The notes: a model not told the origin generated them from the letters alone. Positions 1-9,621 are shown, counted from the first letter of the stretch. The stretch: 43,962 bases of DNA from Myxococcales bacterium (GCA_009692605.1 SHYV01000003.1:1-43962), one strand, 5' to 3'. Numbers and translations are program-made.

Positions 1-1
1 C

Positions 2-379
2 CAAGCGATGTCGCCGCCCGAGGGGGAGCAGGCCGAAGGCGAGCTCTACGGCACCGTCTACGCGAAGGTGGACAACGACGGAGCCACGTTTGAGGTCATA
101 GGCCCGGCGTCCGTTCGGTTTGCCACGGAGGGGGAGTGGAGTGAGGCGCGACCGGACGATCCGTTCACGGCGGCGATCACGCGTACGGGAGAGGGGCCGA
201 TCATCTGGGGGCCGGCCGGCGACTCCGCTGTAGACATCGCCGAAGGCACCGCGGACTCCGGGCGGCGGGCTGAACGATGTGGGTGCGCCGCGCAGCCAGC
301 GCCACGGGCTGTGGGCGTGGACGCCCTCGGGCTGACGCTGCTCGGGCTCGGCTGGGTGCGCCTTCGTCGGGGCGGCTGA
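2..379 (+). CDS. C-terminal fragment of a surface protein with a MYXO-CTERM-like sorting tail (5' end outside the window)
   Basis: Frame is open from the window edge and ends ...RCGCAAQPAPRAVGVDALGLTLLGLGWVRLRRGG (CGC, hydrophobic stretch, Arg cluster). Stop overlaps the next ATG (TGATG, 377-381). Confidence 0.6.
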   Translation, partial: QAMSPPEGEQAEGELYGTVYAKVDNDGATFEVIGPASVRFATEGEWSEARPDDPFTAAITRTGEGPIIWGPAGDSAVDIAEGTADSGRRAERCGCAAQPAPRAVGVDALGLTLLGLGWVRLRRGG

Positions 380-2316
380 TGGCGACTGGGCCGAGAATAA
401 TTGCGCGCCTGATCGAGCACGGCGGCTTCGATCGCGCGTTCGGTGAGCTGCAGGGCTTGCAGGACCGTGGGCTCTACGCCGAGCTGCTGAGCGGGGCGAC
501 ATGGTCACCAGGCCGGAGCGCGGCGGGGCGGGGGGACGGAGCGGCGGAGCCGGCAGAAGGAGCGGCGGACCACGTGACCGGCTCATTTCAGCCCGGACGA
601 GCGTTCGCGCGCAGGGGCCTTCAACGCGGGGCCCTCGACGCGCTGCTGCTCTTTTTGGTGACCGAGGCGGAGGGCCCGGTGGCGGCCGAGCTGCGCGAAT
701 CGGCGGTCTCGCTCCGGCTGGCCCACTTCGACGGGGCGGGGAGGCCGAGCTCGGGGGGCCCAGACCTGAGACGGCTCTCCCTACTCCCAAACCTCCGGGC
801 GCTGGCGCTGAACGGGCTGACCGCGGGCGAGCGGCTCCCGGCGCTGCGCCTCGACCGGCTCGAGCTGGTCTCAACGGTAGGCGTCACGCAGAGCTGGCTC
901 GACCACGCGGCGCCCTCCGACTTCTGGACCGACGCCGACTACGTCCCCCAATCGGTGGTGCGCCTGCGACTCAACGGGACGGCGGGGACACACCCGCCCA
1001 TCGTTCACCTCGCGCTCCTCGAAGAGCTCCACGCCCGCTGGTGCTCGACCCTACATGTCCGAGCCTGCCCTCGACTCCGACGGGTGTGGTCCATCGGCCC
1101 GCTCGACGTGGCCTCACTGGCGACCTGGGGCGACCTGCCGCAGCTGGAGAGCCTACGGGCCGAAGGAGCCTTCGGCTGGGTCCGGCCGAGCCCGATCTCG
1201 CTCTCGGGGATGCCGAAGCTCCGTACCCTCGTCTTGGACGGGTTCGTCGATCTCCTGTGCATCCCCTCATCGGTGACCCATCTCGGTGCTTCGTTAGCGG
1301 ATCTTTCGCCTCTCGCCACGCTGGCCCGCCCGGTGGAGCTTCGTCTTCCCCGGGCTGGAGGCGACGGCCGGCTCCCTCCCCTACGCGACGCCAGCGCCCT
1401 TACCATCCTCGACCTCTCCGGCCGCGACCTGGGCGACACGGCGCTCAACGCCATCCGCAGCTTCTCCGCACTACACCAGCTTTATCTGCGCGGCACTCCC
1501 ATCACCTCGGTCGAGCCGCTCCGGGGTCACCCCTCGCTAGGAGTCGTGGACATCAGCGACTGCACCCTGCTGCGCGACGTCCACGCGCTCGGGACGCTCC
1601 CGAACCTCAAGGTCACGCTCATGGCCGGAGCCTGCGCGATGACGCCCGCCGACCTCCCGTCCGCGGTCGAGTGGACCGCCAGCCGGCAGACAGGGCCGAA
1701 CATCGACGCGCTGTTGCACCGGGACCCACCTACCCCCGCAGCGCGGCGACTCCCCCGCGCCCTGCCGAAGCGCGCCGAGCGGCTGTTCCTTGACGTGTTT
1801 CCGCTCATGCTGCGCCGCGACTATGACAGCATTGACGTGGCGATCGACGAGTTCGCGCATGCCGAGATCCCCGAGGTCTGGGACTGGTGGCTGGACGGTG
1901 TGGACCCACCCGGCAGCCCTCGCGGCGTGTACCCGCTGCTCTCCCCGCGCCGGATGTCCCAGACCCAGCGGGACCAGCCGTTCGCCCGACACGCCGCGCT
2001 GCGCTTGATCGCCCGCGCCCCAGACACGTGCGAAATTGCAGCGCGCTACCGCTTGGAGACCACGTTGCAGACGCGATTCTATGGCGGACCCGGCGGTTGC
2101 TTCGATCTCTCGTTGCTGGCCGGGCTTCCCCAGCTGGAGAGCGTCGTGGTCGGGTGCAACGAGCTGAAGTTGCCGGGGTGCCAGCGCCCGGACTGGGTCC
2201 CGAGATTAACCAGCCTACACGTGGTTAACTACATGACTAGCCGAGAGAATCCCCGTTCTGTCGAGCGACGACTTCGGGCCGTGCTCCCGCACGTGCCGGA
2301 CATCATCGTCAGGTAA
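379..2316 (+). CDS. Leucine-rich repeat protein
   Basis: Start moved to ATG 379, coupled to the upstream TGA. Many LxxLxL units: LPNLRALAL, LPQLESLRA, MPKLRTLVL, LTILDLSG, LHQLYLRGT, LPNLKVTLM. Confidence 0.75.
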   Translation: MATGPRIIARLIEHGGFDRAFGELQGLQDRGLYAELLSGATWSPGRSAAGRGDGAAEPAEGAADHVTGSFQPGRAFARRGLQRGALDALLLFLVTEAEGPVAAELRESAVSLRLAHFDGAGRPSSGGPDLRRLSLLPNLRALALNGLTAGERLPALRLDRLELVSTVGVTQSWLDHAAPSDFWTDADYVPQSVVRLRLNGTAGTHPPIVHLALLEELHARWCSTLHVRACPRLRRVWSIGPLDVASLATWGDLPQLESLRAEGAFGWVRPSPISLSGMPKLRTLVLDGFVDLLCIPSSVTHLGASLADLSPLATLARPVELRLPRAGGDGRLPPLRDASALTILDLSGRDLGDTALNAIRSFSALHQLYLRGTPITSVEPLRGHPSLGVVDISDCTLLRDVHALGTLPNLKVTLMAGACAMTPADLPSAVEWTASRQTGPNIDALLHRDPPTPAARRLPRALPKRAERLFLDVFPLMLRRDYDSIDVAIDEFAHAEIPEVWDWWLDGVDPPGSPRGVYPLLSPRRMSQTQRDQPFARHAALRLIARAPDTCEIAARYRLETTLQTRFYGGPGGCFDLSLLAGLPQLESVVVGCNELKLPGCQRPDWVPRLTSLHVVNYMTSRENPRSVERRLRAVLPHVPDIIVR

Positions 2317-2377
2317 GCCGGGGCTTGATAGACCCGCCTCCTCTTTCTCGTCCCCACCCATCCGAGGCAGGTTCACC

Positions 2378-3403
2378 ATGGCTCTCAAAGTCGCAATCAA
2401 CGGTTTTGGCCGCATTGGCCGATGCATCCTCCGCACCGCCGTGGATCGGGCCGCCACCGAGCCGGCTCTGGCAACGATCGACATCTGCCACATCAACGAC
2501 CTGACCAGCCCCGACCAGCTGGCCCACCTGCTCTCGCATGACTCGGTGCACGGCAATTGGAAGGTGCCGGTGAAGGTCGTCGACGGTGGACTTGACGTCG
2601 GCGGGCGCTTCATCCGCGTCACCGCCGAGCCCGATCCCCTGAAGCTGCCGTGGGCCAGCGAGGGCATCGAAATCGTGCTGGAGTGCACGGGCCTGTTCAC
2701 CAAGCGGGAGAAAGCAGCTCGCCACCTCACCGCAGGCGCCAAGCGGGTGATCATCTCCGCGCCTGCCTCCGAGGAGGACATCACCCTCTGCCTCGGCGTG
2801 AACGACGACCAGCTGGACCTGTCGAAGCACTTCGTCATCTCCAACGCGAGCTGCACCACGAACTGCCTCGCTCCGTTCGCGAAGGTGCTGCTGGACAACT
2901 TTGGCCTCGTCCACGGCCTGATGACCACGACCCACAGCTACACCATGGACCAGAACCTGCTCGACGCCCCGCACAAGAAGGCGGACATGCGGCGCGCGAG
3001 GGCCGCGGCGCTCAACATGTGCCCGACGTCCACCGGCGCCGCAAAGGCGGTCGGGCTCGTGCTGCCGGCGCTGAAGGGCAAGCTGAACGGCCTCGCCGTC
3101 CGGGTGCCGACGCCCAACGTCTCGCTGGTAGACCTGACCTTCGTGACCGAGCGTCCGATCACCAAGGAGGCGATCAACGCGGCGATGGTCGCGGCCGCCG
3201 AGGGCCCGCTCAAGGGCATCCTCTCGGCCGTGGACGCGCCGCTCGTCTCGACCGACCTGAACGGCAACCCCCACTCGTCGATCGTCGATCTCGACCTGAC
3301 CATCACGATGGGGACGCACCTTGGAAAGGTCCTGGCCTGGTACGACAACGAGTGGGGCTTCTCAAACCGCATGGTCGATCTCGCGATGCGGATCGCAAAA
3401 TGA
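2378..3403 (+). CDS. gap: Type I glyceraldehyde-3-phosphate dehydrogenase
   Basis: INGFGRIGR NAD-binding motif, catalytic ASCTTNCLAP, RVPTPNVS, WYDNEWGFS. Confidence 0.98.
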   Translation: MALKVAINGFGRIGRCILRTAVDRAATEPALATIDICHINDLTSPDQLAHLLSHDSVHGNWKVPVKVVDGGLDVGGRFIRVTAEPDPLKLPWASEGIEIVLECTGLFTKREKAARHLTAGAKRVIISAPASEEDITLCLGVNDDQLDLSKHFVISNASCTTNCLAPFAKVLLDNFGLVHGLMTTTHSYTMDQNLLDAPHKKADMRRARAAALNMCPTSTGAAKAVGLVLPALKGKLNGLAVRVPTPNVSLVDLTFVTERPITKEAINAAMVAAAEGPLKGILSAVDAPLVSTDLNGNPHSSIVDLDLTITMGTHLGKVLAWYDNEWGFSNRMVDLAMRIAK

Positions 3404-4608
3404 AGTACGTTGACATTCCGAATATTGCTACGATGGACCTTGCCTCGCGCCGGGTCTTCGTCCGTGTGGACTTCAACGTGCCGATGGAGAACGGCGTCAT
3501 CACCGACGACAACCGGATCCGCGCGGCCCTCCCCACGCTGAAGTTCCTGCGTGAAAAGGGCTGCAAGCTCGTCGTCGCGTCGCACCTCGGCCGGCCAAAA
3601 GGCGTCGACCCCACCCAGAGCCTCGAGCCCGCGGCGGCGCGGCTGGCCGAGCTGCTCGAGTGCGAGGTCATCCTCGCGCACGACATCGTCGGCGAGGACG
3701 TGGAGCTGCTCTCCAAGGAGCTGATCCCCGGCGGCATCATGATGCTGGAGAACCTGCGGTTCCACCCAGGCGAAAAAGGCGGTGACAAGGCGGTCAGCGA
3801 GGCGTTCGCGATGTCGCTCTCCCGGCTGGGCGCCATCTACATCAACGATGCGTTCGGAGCGATGCACCGCGCCGAGACCTCGATCGCGCTCACCGTCGAT
3901 TCCTTCGAGGCCGCCGGCGTCGGCTTCCTCGTACAGAAGGAGCTCGAAGCGCTGGGGCGGTGCGTGCAGGGCGCAGCGCGGCCCTACGTGGCCATTCTGG
4001 GCGGCGCCAAGGTCAGCGACAAGATCGCAGTGATCGAGGCGCTCGCCAGCAAGGTGGACCACCTGCTGATCGGGGGGGCGATGGCCTACACGTTCCTGAA
4101 AGCCAAGGGCATCGAGACCGGACGCTCGCGGGTCGAAGCCGACAAGCTCGATCTGGCCAGGCGGCTGCTCGACCGCTGCGCAAATCACAATGTCATCGTC
4201 CACCTGCCGATCGATCATGTGGTGAACACAGGCCTTGAAGTCGACGGCGGAGAGCAGGTCGTGAGCAGCATCGGGTCCGCCGAGGTGGGCCTCGACATCG
4301 GGCCCGCGACCGTCGCCGAATTCTCCGCGGTGATCCGGGACGCCCAGACCGTGTTCTGGAACGGCCCGATGGGCGTGTTCGAGCGTGAGGCCTACGCGGG
4401 CGGCACCCGCGGGATCGCTGAAGCCTGCGCGTCGTGCGCCGGATACACCGTGGTTGGCGGTGGAGATTCCGCCGCGGCGGCCACCAAATTCGGGATGGCC
4501 GAGCGGTTCACCCACGTGTCCACGGGCGGCGGCGCCTCGCTGGAATTCATCGAGGGCAAGGACCTGCCGGGCGTGGCGGCGATCCGAGCGAAGGCGCGCG
4601 ACCGATGA
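3400..4608 (+). CDS. pgk: Phosphoglycerate kinase
   Basis: ATG 3400 overlaps the gap stop (ATGA). RVDFNVP, SHLGRP, LENLRF, GGAKVSDK, WNGPMGVFE, GGGDS, HVSTGGGASLE. Confidence 0.97.
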   Translation: MKYVDIPNIATMDLASRRVFVRVDFNVPMENGVITDDNRIRAALPTLKFLREKGCKLVVASHLGRPKGVDPTQSLEPAAARLAELLECEVILAHDIVGEDVELLSKELIPGGIMMLENLRFHPGEKGGDKAVSEAFAMSLSRLGAIYINDAFGAMHRAETSIALTVDSFEAAGVGFLVQKELEALGRCVQGAARPYVAILGGAKVSDKIAVIEALASKVDHLLIGGAMAYTFLKAKGIETGRSRVEADKLDLARRLLDRCANHNVIVHLPIDHVVNTGLEVDGGEQVVSSIGSAEVGLDIGPATVAEFSAVIRDAQTVFWNGPMGVFEREAYAGGTRGIAEACASCAGYTVVGGGDSAAAATKFGMAERFTHVSTGGGASLEFIEGKDLPGVAAIRAKARDR

Positions 4609-5360
4609 CCCGCCGCCCGTTCATCGCCGGCAACTGGAAGATGCACAAGGCGCCTGTTGAAGCGGACGCGCTCGCCGAGCAGCTCAAGCGCGCGCTGGCC
4701 GATGTGACCGCCGTGGACATCGCCGTGTCGCCGACGTTCCTGGCCATCCCTGCGGTGGTGAGCCGGCTCCGGCACTCAAACATCGGCGTGGCCTCGCAGA
4801 ACGTGGCGGTCGAGACGCAGGGCGCCTACACCGGAGAGGTGTCCGCGGAGATGCTCAAAGCGGTGGGCGTGCAGTACGCGATCGTGGGGCACTCCGAGCG
4901 ACGCCAACTGTACGGCGACACCGACGCCGTCGTGGCCCGCAAGGTGCAGGCCTGCTTCCGGGCGGGGTTGTCCCCGATCCTGTGCGTCGGTGAGACGCTG
5001 CCTGAGCGCGAAGCGGGGCAAGAGGAGCTGGTTTGCGCGCGACAGTTGGAGATCGCGCTGGCCGGACTGACGGCAGATCAGGTCGGCACCGTCACCATCG
5101 CGTACGAGCCGGTCTGGGCGATCGGCACCGGAAAGGTCGCGAGCCCGACCCAGGCCAACGATGTGCATGCGTTCATTCGAAGCTGGCTAGGCAGATACCC
5201 GGCCTTTGTCGCTCGGAGCGTACGCATCCAGTACGGGGGCTCCGTGAAGGGGTCGAACGCGGCCGGGCTGTTGTCGCAGCCTGAGATTGACGGCGCTCTG
5301 GTCGGCGGCGCAGCGCTCTCGGTCGAAGAGTTCGTGGCCATCATCAAGGCTGCGGTGTGA
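4605..5360 (+). CDS. tpiA: Triosephosphate isomerase
   Basis: ATG 4605 overlaps the pgk stop (ATGA). GNWKM, GHSERR, AYEPVWAIGTG, YGGSV, GALVGGA. Confidence 0.97.
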   Translation: MTRRPFIAGNWKMHKAPVEADALAEQLKRALADVTAVDIAVSPTFLAIPAVVSRLRHSNIGVASQNVAVETQGAYTGEVSAEMLKAVGVQYAIVGHSERRQLYGDTDAVVARKVQACFRAGLSPILCVGETLPEREAGQEELVCARQLEIALAGLTADQVGTVTIAYEPVWAIGTGKVASPTQANDVHAFIRSWLGRYPAFVARSVRIQYGGSVKGSNAAGLLSQPEIDGALVGGAALSVEEFVAIIKAAV

Positions 5361-5364
5361 TGCC

Positions 5365-6459
5365 TTGTCCCGCCTGATTCGCACGACCGCTGCCCTGCTT
5401 GCCAGCTTGCCGGAGCTGGAACGGGCGAGCCTGCTCGCTGTGGACACGGAATTCCACTCCGAGCGTTGGTTCTACCCCCGTCTCATGCTGCTCCAGCTGC
5501 GGGCGGACCGGGGCGACCCGATCCTCGTCGACGCGCTGGCGGTCCCGCTTGAGCCGCTCGCCCACGTGCTCACGTCCCGCCCGTTGGTGCTGCACGGCTG
5601 TCAACAGGACATCCAGATCCTGCACCGGGCTCTCGGCGTGGTGCCGAACGTGCTCCTGGACACGCAGGTCGCCGCCGGTTTCGCCGGAGTCGGCTACCCG
5701 GTCGGGCTCGGGACGCTGGTGCAGCGGTTCCTCGGGATCACGATGGAGAAAGGCGAGACGCTCTCCGACTGGTCCCGCCGCCCGCTGACCGACGCGCAGC
5801 TTGGATATGCCGCCGAGGACGTCTTGATCCTCGCCGACCTGTACGAAGCCATCGTCGCGGAGGTGGACAAGCGTGGGCATCGTGCTGCAGCGCAGAGCGC
5901 CGTCGCAGAGCTGGTGGCGCGAGCGACGACTCCACCCGACGACTCCCGGGCATGGGAGCGCGTCGGCGGGGCGCAGCTGCTCGCGGATGACGAGCGGGCT
6001 TGCCTCCGAAGCCTCGTCGCCTGGCGTGACCGCGAAGCACGGGAGCGCGACGTGCCAAAGAACGGGCTCGCTGGAGACGCGATCCTGTTCGACATCGCGC
6101 GGCGTCGTCCGGCGAACGCGCACGAGATGCGGGCGAACCGCAAGATGCCCGGCCATTTGTCCCGCCAAGAGGCCGACACCATCCTCGGGATCCTGGCCGA
6201 CCCCGGTCCCCCTCCCCGCGCCCTGAGAAAGGAGCGAGGCGCGCAGGACGTGCTTCGGGCGGTGTCCCGCGTCGCCGAGCGGCGCACTGGCGTGGCCGCC
6301 GAGCTGCTGCTGCCGGACGGCGACATGGTCCGCGTGCTGGCCGAGGGCCCCAACGCCCTGGCGCCATGGCGCCGGGACCTGCTCGGAGCCGAGTTCGAGG
6401 CCTTCGTTGTCGGCTCGGACGGGTACAACATACCGGCGGGTTTTCTACGCGGCCCGTGA
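5365..6459 (+). CDS. rnd: Ribonuclease D family 3'-5' exonuclease with HRDC domain
   Basis: AVDTEF (Exo I), HGCQQD, LLDTQVAA, SDWSRRPLT..QL.YAAEDV and HRDC-like WRDREARERDVP. TTG start at 5365, just after the tpiA stop, is inferred. Confidence 0.88.
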   Translation: MSRLIRTTAALLASLPELERASLLAVDTEFHSERWFYPRLMLLQLRADRGDPILVDALAVPLEPLAHVLTSRPLVLHGCQQDIQILHRALGVVPNVLLDTQVAAGFAGVGYPVGLGTLVQRFLGITMEKGETLSDWSRRPLTDAQLGYAAEDVLILADLYEAIVAEVDKRGHRAAAQSAVAELVARATTPPDDSRAWERVGGAQLLADDERACLRSLVAWRDREARERDVPKNGLAGDAILFDIARRRPANAHEMRANRKMPGHLSRQEADTILGILADPGPPPRALRKERGAQDVLRAVSRVAERRTGVAAELLLPDGDMVRVLAEGPNALAPWRRDLLGAEFEAFVVGSDGYNIPAGFLRGP

Positions 6460-6592
6460 GCGGCCCGTCGATCGCGGGGTGGCCTCAAATTAGGTTGCCC
6501 GCACCCCGGCCGGTGCGGTAGCTTCGCCGTGTAGGCTCCCGTCTTCCCCTGGGGCCCCGACCCGAGCCTCACCCACCGCTCTGGAGAGCCCC

Positions 6593-6763
6593 ATGCTCCG
6601 CTCCCTCTTCCGCGACGAGTCTGGCGCCACCGCCATCGAGTACGGCCTCATCGCTGGCCTCGTCTCCATCGCCATCATCGCAGCGCTGACCCTCTTCGGC
6701 ACCAATCCCTCCACCCTGTTCGGCAACATCCGCACCCCAGTGGAAGCGGCATCGACTCCCTAA
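6593..6763 (+). CDS. flp: Flp/Fap family type IVc (Tad) prepilin, 56 aa; absent from the supplied ORF track
   Basis: My translation: MLRSLFRDESG^ATAIEYGLIAGLVSIAIIAALTLFGTNPSTLFGNIRTPVEAASTP*. Gly-1, Glu+5, Tyr+6 Flp motif; GGAGAG RBS at 6583-6588; TAA at 6761-6763. Confidence 0.93.
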   Translation: MLRSLFRDESGATAIEYGLIAGLVSIAIIAALTLFGTNPSTLFGNIRTPVEAASTP

Positions 6764-6778
6764 GCGCGCCGGCGGTGC

Positions 6779-6819
6779 ATCGGGCGGCTGTCGGGAGGCG
6801 GCCGCCCGATTGGCGTTTT
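6779..6819 (+). terminator. GC-rich hairpin after flp (possible intrinsic terminator or mRNA-stabilising stem)
   Basis: ATCGGGCGGC (6779-6788) pairs perfectly with GCCGCCCGAT (6801-6810), followed by TGGCGTTTT. The U-tract is weak. Confidence 0.5.
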
Positions 6820-7183
6820 GGCCCGACGAATCTCCCGCAGTCACGTGGGCGAGGACCGCGCCGGCGGATTACGCGGGGCGCAGTGCTCTCCGCCCCCGAC
6901 CGTCGTTCGCGCCGCTCCGTTGGAGTCTCTTGATGGAGCGTCAGCAATCCGGTGGTCGCGATGCGCGAAGATCGACTGACCCGGCCAGACGCCGTCATCG
7001 GCATCCACGCGATCATCACCCCCGAGCTCAGTCGCGCGAGGGCTCCGGGGGACGAGCCTATAGCCCTCGGGACCAAAGCGAACTCCAACCCCGCGACATC
7101 GAGCGCTCCCCGCAAAGCGGGCTTGTCAGCTCGGGAACCCACACCGCGCAGCCGACAGGCGCGGTCGCCCGAAGGAGCTAAGC

Positions 7184-8389
7184 GTGCGTAGCCCCGGCCC
7201 AAAGCCGACCGATTCTACGACGCACTCCAGCGCAAACGTGCTGGTCATCGGCGCGGACACCCGCATGATGGGGCAAATTCGTGAGGTGCTCGGCACCGAG
7301 GCGCCGCTCTCTGCGATCGCGACCCCCTTCAACGAGGCCATGGCGGTCGCCAGCAAAACCCGCCCAGACGTGGTGATCGCGGCGTTTGACACCGAGGTCG
7401 ATGAGGCCATCCGCATCGCCCAGCAGCTCAAGGCGGAGCTCCCGCGCGCCGCGCTCGTCGCCGTCGCCCACACGGCCGATGCCGACCGCACCCGGGCCGC
7501 GATGCGCGCCGGCTACGACGCGTACGTCGTCCTACCGGACGGCCGGGACCTGCTCCGGCAGGCGGTCCACGACTCGATGTTCAGCGACGCGCCGAAGGAC
7601 GACGCGGGTGAGTTGATCACGGTCTGGGGCGCCAAGGGGGGGGTCGGCGCCACCTTCGTCGCCGTGAACCTCGCTGCCGAGCTGTCGCCCGTCCAGCGCG
7701 TCTGCGTGCTGGACATGGACGTGTCGATGGGGGACGTAGCCGCGATGCTCAACCTGTACCCGCGGGCCGGCATCAAAGAGGTCTTCAAGAACCTCGCTCG
7801 GCTTGACGAGCGCATGCTCAGGCGCCAGATGACCATCCACCCTTCGATGATCCACGTGCTGGCGCAGCCGAAGGCGCTGGAGGACCGAGCGGAACCCAGC
7901 AAGGACTCGGTCATCAAGCTGCTGACGACCGTGGCAAAGTCCTACCACTACGTGTTTCTGGACTCCGGCAGCCGGGTGGACGAAGCCGCCGTCACCGCCG
8001 CGACTCTGGCGAAACGCGTGCTGCTCGTGTCCACGCCCGACGTGCTCTCCGTGAAGAACGCATGGCGCCGCCTGCAGCTCCTCCAGCGCCTCGGCGTCGA
8101 CCAGCATCGGATCTCGCTGGTCCTCAACCGGGTCGACCACAAGCACCCGCTGCTGACCATCAGCGACATCGAGCAGAATCTCGGCCGAAAGGTCGACGTC
8201 ACCTTGTCGGAGGACAGGGTCGCCGGACGCGCCGTGAACGACGGCAAACTCCTTCGGGAATACGACCGGCACTCCCAGATCGCGCGTGACTTCGAAGCGA
8301 TGACAGGGCTCATCACTGAGGGAAAGGTCACTCCGGAAAAGAAGCCATCGGTCAGCGTCTTTACGTCCATCTTCAAGATGGGGGGGTAG
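7184..8389 (+). CDS. cpaE: CpaE/TadZ-family pilus assembly protein (atypical receiver domain + MinD/ParA-like ATPase fold)
   Basis: AAGGAG RBS before GTG 7184. Receiver-like N-terminus without the phospho-Asp (RPDVVIAAF; AMRAG). Deviant Walker A GAKGGVGAT, AVNLA, LDMD, YHYVFLDSG, LVLNR. Lies just downstream of flp. Confidence 0.85.
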   Translation: MRSPGPKPTDSTTHSSANVLVIGADTRMMGQIREVLGTEAPLSAIATPFNEAMAVASKTRPDVVIAAFDTEVDEAIRIAQQLKAELPRAALVAVAHTADADRTRAAMRAGYDAYVVLPDGRDLLRQAVHDSMFSDAPKDDAGELITVWGAKGGVGATFVAVNLAAELSPVQRVCVLDMDVSMGDVAAMLNLYPRAGIKEVFKNLARLDERMLRRQMTIHPSMIHVLAQPKALEDRAEPSKDSVIKLLTTVAKSYHYVFLDSGSRVDEAAVTAATLAKRVLLVSTPDVLSVKNAWRRLQLLQRLGVDQHRISLVLNRVDHKHPLLTISDIEQNLGRKVDVTLSEDRVAGRAVNDGKLLREYDRHSQIARDFEAMTGLITEGKVTPEKKPSVSVFTSIFKMGG

Positions 8390-8514
8390 GAGCGCATGTC
8401 GTCCCGGATGAACGATCGGGTTCGTGGCGCCCAACAACGACGCCGTAGCGTCGAGACCAACGCGTTTGCGACCCCGACCCGAGCGTACGCGTGGCCATTC
8501 ATAGGGCTCGGAGG

Positions 8515-9621
8515 GTGAGCACGCGCCAGCCTGACCCCGCGCAGGCTGATTCGCTCGACGCTTCAGCGCTGGTCGCGCGCGGGCTGCGCTACGCCATCCT
8601 TGGCGGGCTGGTGACCGTGTTGGCTGCAGCAGCGCTGATGCACACCGACCTACAGGGCGCCGCGGACGTGTATGCCCGCGCGCGTCCCGGCTGGATCGTC
8701 GGCGCGCTCGCCCTGACTACGCTGGGGCTGGTTTTCCTCGCGGCTCGCTGGCGCGCGCTGATGCCGTGCGACACGCCTGTCGCCCTGCTGCCGTTGACCG
8801 CGATCCTCGTCTCCGGCACCTTGATGCACTACGCGGTGCCCGGCCCGGTCGGCGAGCTGGTGGCGGCAGGAATGGCGGCGAAGCGTTGGAACGTGAGCAT
8901 CGAGCAGGCGTTCGCCGCGGGGGTGCACGCGCGCTTTGTGGGCCTGGCGCTTGCGGGGCTGGTGGCCGTCCTGCTGTTCTTGACGACCGACATGCCGATC
9001 CCCGAAGCGTACAGGGACGTCCTTGGGATCGCCTCGGGCGTCATCGCGGTCGGCGCCGTCGGGTTGTTCGCGCTGTCGGCACAGCCGGCGCTGTTGCGGC
9101 GCACCGGCGGCTGGGTGCTCTCGTGGCCGGTCTGGCCGCAGCGCGTGGCGAGCCCGTTGAGGCACCGGCTCGGCAACCTGGCCGACGCGCTGGCCGCTGT
9201 CGGGAGGCTCGGACCGCGGCGCTACTTCGAGGCCGCGCTTTGGGCGCTGGGTGGCCACGCGTGCGTCGCTGGCGGCATCGGCTTGGCCGCGATCGGCCTC
9301 GGAGCCAACCCCAGCCCCGCCGGTCTGGTGTTCACCTACGCGATGACAACGGCCGGCGCCGTCGCGCTGTTCGGGATCCCGGGGGCGCAGGTGGGCTGGG
9401 ACGCCATGTTCTCTGCCCTCTTGGTCGCGACCACCGGGATGTCGCTGCAGAGCGCGCTGGGCGTGCTGGTGGTGGTGCGAACCCAGCAGGTCTTCGTGGT
9501 CCTCGTGGGGGCGATCACGCTGGTGGTGAGCCAACGCGCGCCCGCCCGCCCCCCCGCAGCGCCCGACGCAGCGAACCCCGGCCCGGAATCCGACCGGACG
9601 GCCGACCCCGGACCGTCGTGA
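8515..9621 (+). CDS. Lysylphosphatidylglycerol-synthase-TM / UPF0104-like flippase membrane protein
   Basis: About 8 hydrophobic segments with RWRALM, HYAVPGPVGE, IPGAQVGWD and VVRTQQ at the positions typical of this family. Start is 8491 or 8515. Confidence 0.7.
   Translation: MSTRQPDPAQADSLDASALVARGLRYAILGGLVTVLAAAALMHTDLQGAADVYARARPGWIVGALALTTLGLVFLAARWRALMPCDTPVALLPLTAILVSGTLMHYAVPGPVGELVAAGMAAKRWNVSIEQAFAAGVHARFVGLALAGLVAVLLFLTTDMPIPEAYRDVLGIASGVIAVGAVGLFALSAQPALLRRTGGWVLSWPVWPQRVASPLRHRLGNLADALAAVGRLGPRRYFEAALWALGGHACVAGGIGLAAIGLGANPSPAGLVFTYAMTTAGAVALFGIPGAQVGWDAMFSALLVATTGMSLQSALGVLVVVRTQQVFVVLVGAITLVVSQRAPARPPAAPDAANPGPESDRTADPGPS

Noticed and set aside
2650-5360. Gap-Pgk or Pgk-Tpi fusion suggested by the extended ORFs
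   Set aside because: Each gene has its own ATG in an ATGA overlap with the previous stop; this is ordinary translational coupling.
6479-6500. Sigma-54 promoter upstream of flp (TGGC...TTGC)
   Set aside because: The GG-to-GC spacing is 14 nt, not the required 10.
7060-7125. c-di-GMP-I riboswitch upstream of cpaE (GGGACCAAAGC, CGCAAAGC)
   Set aside because: Only fragments resemble the consensus; I could not build the GGCAAAC / tetraloop / receptor architecture.
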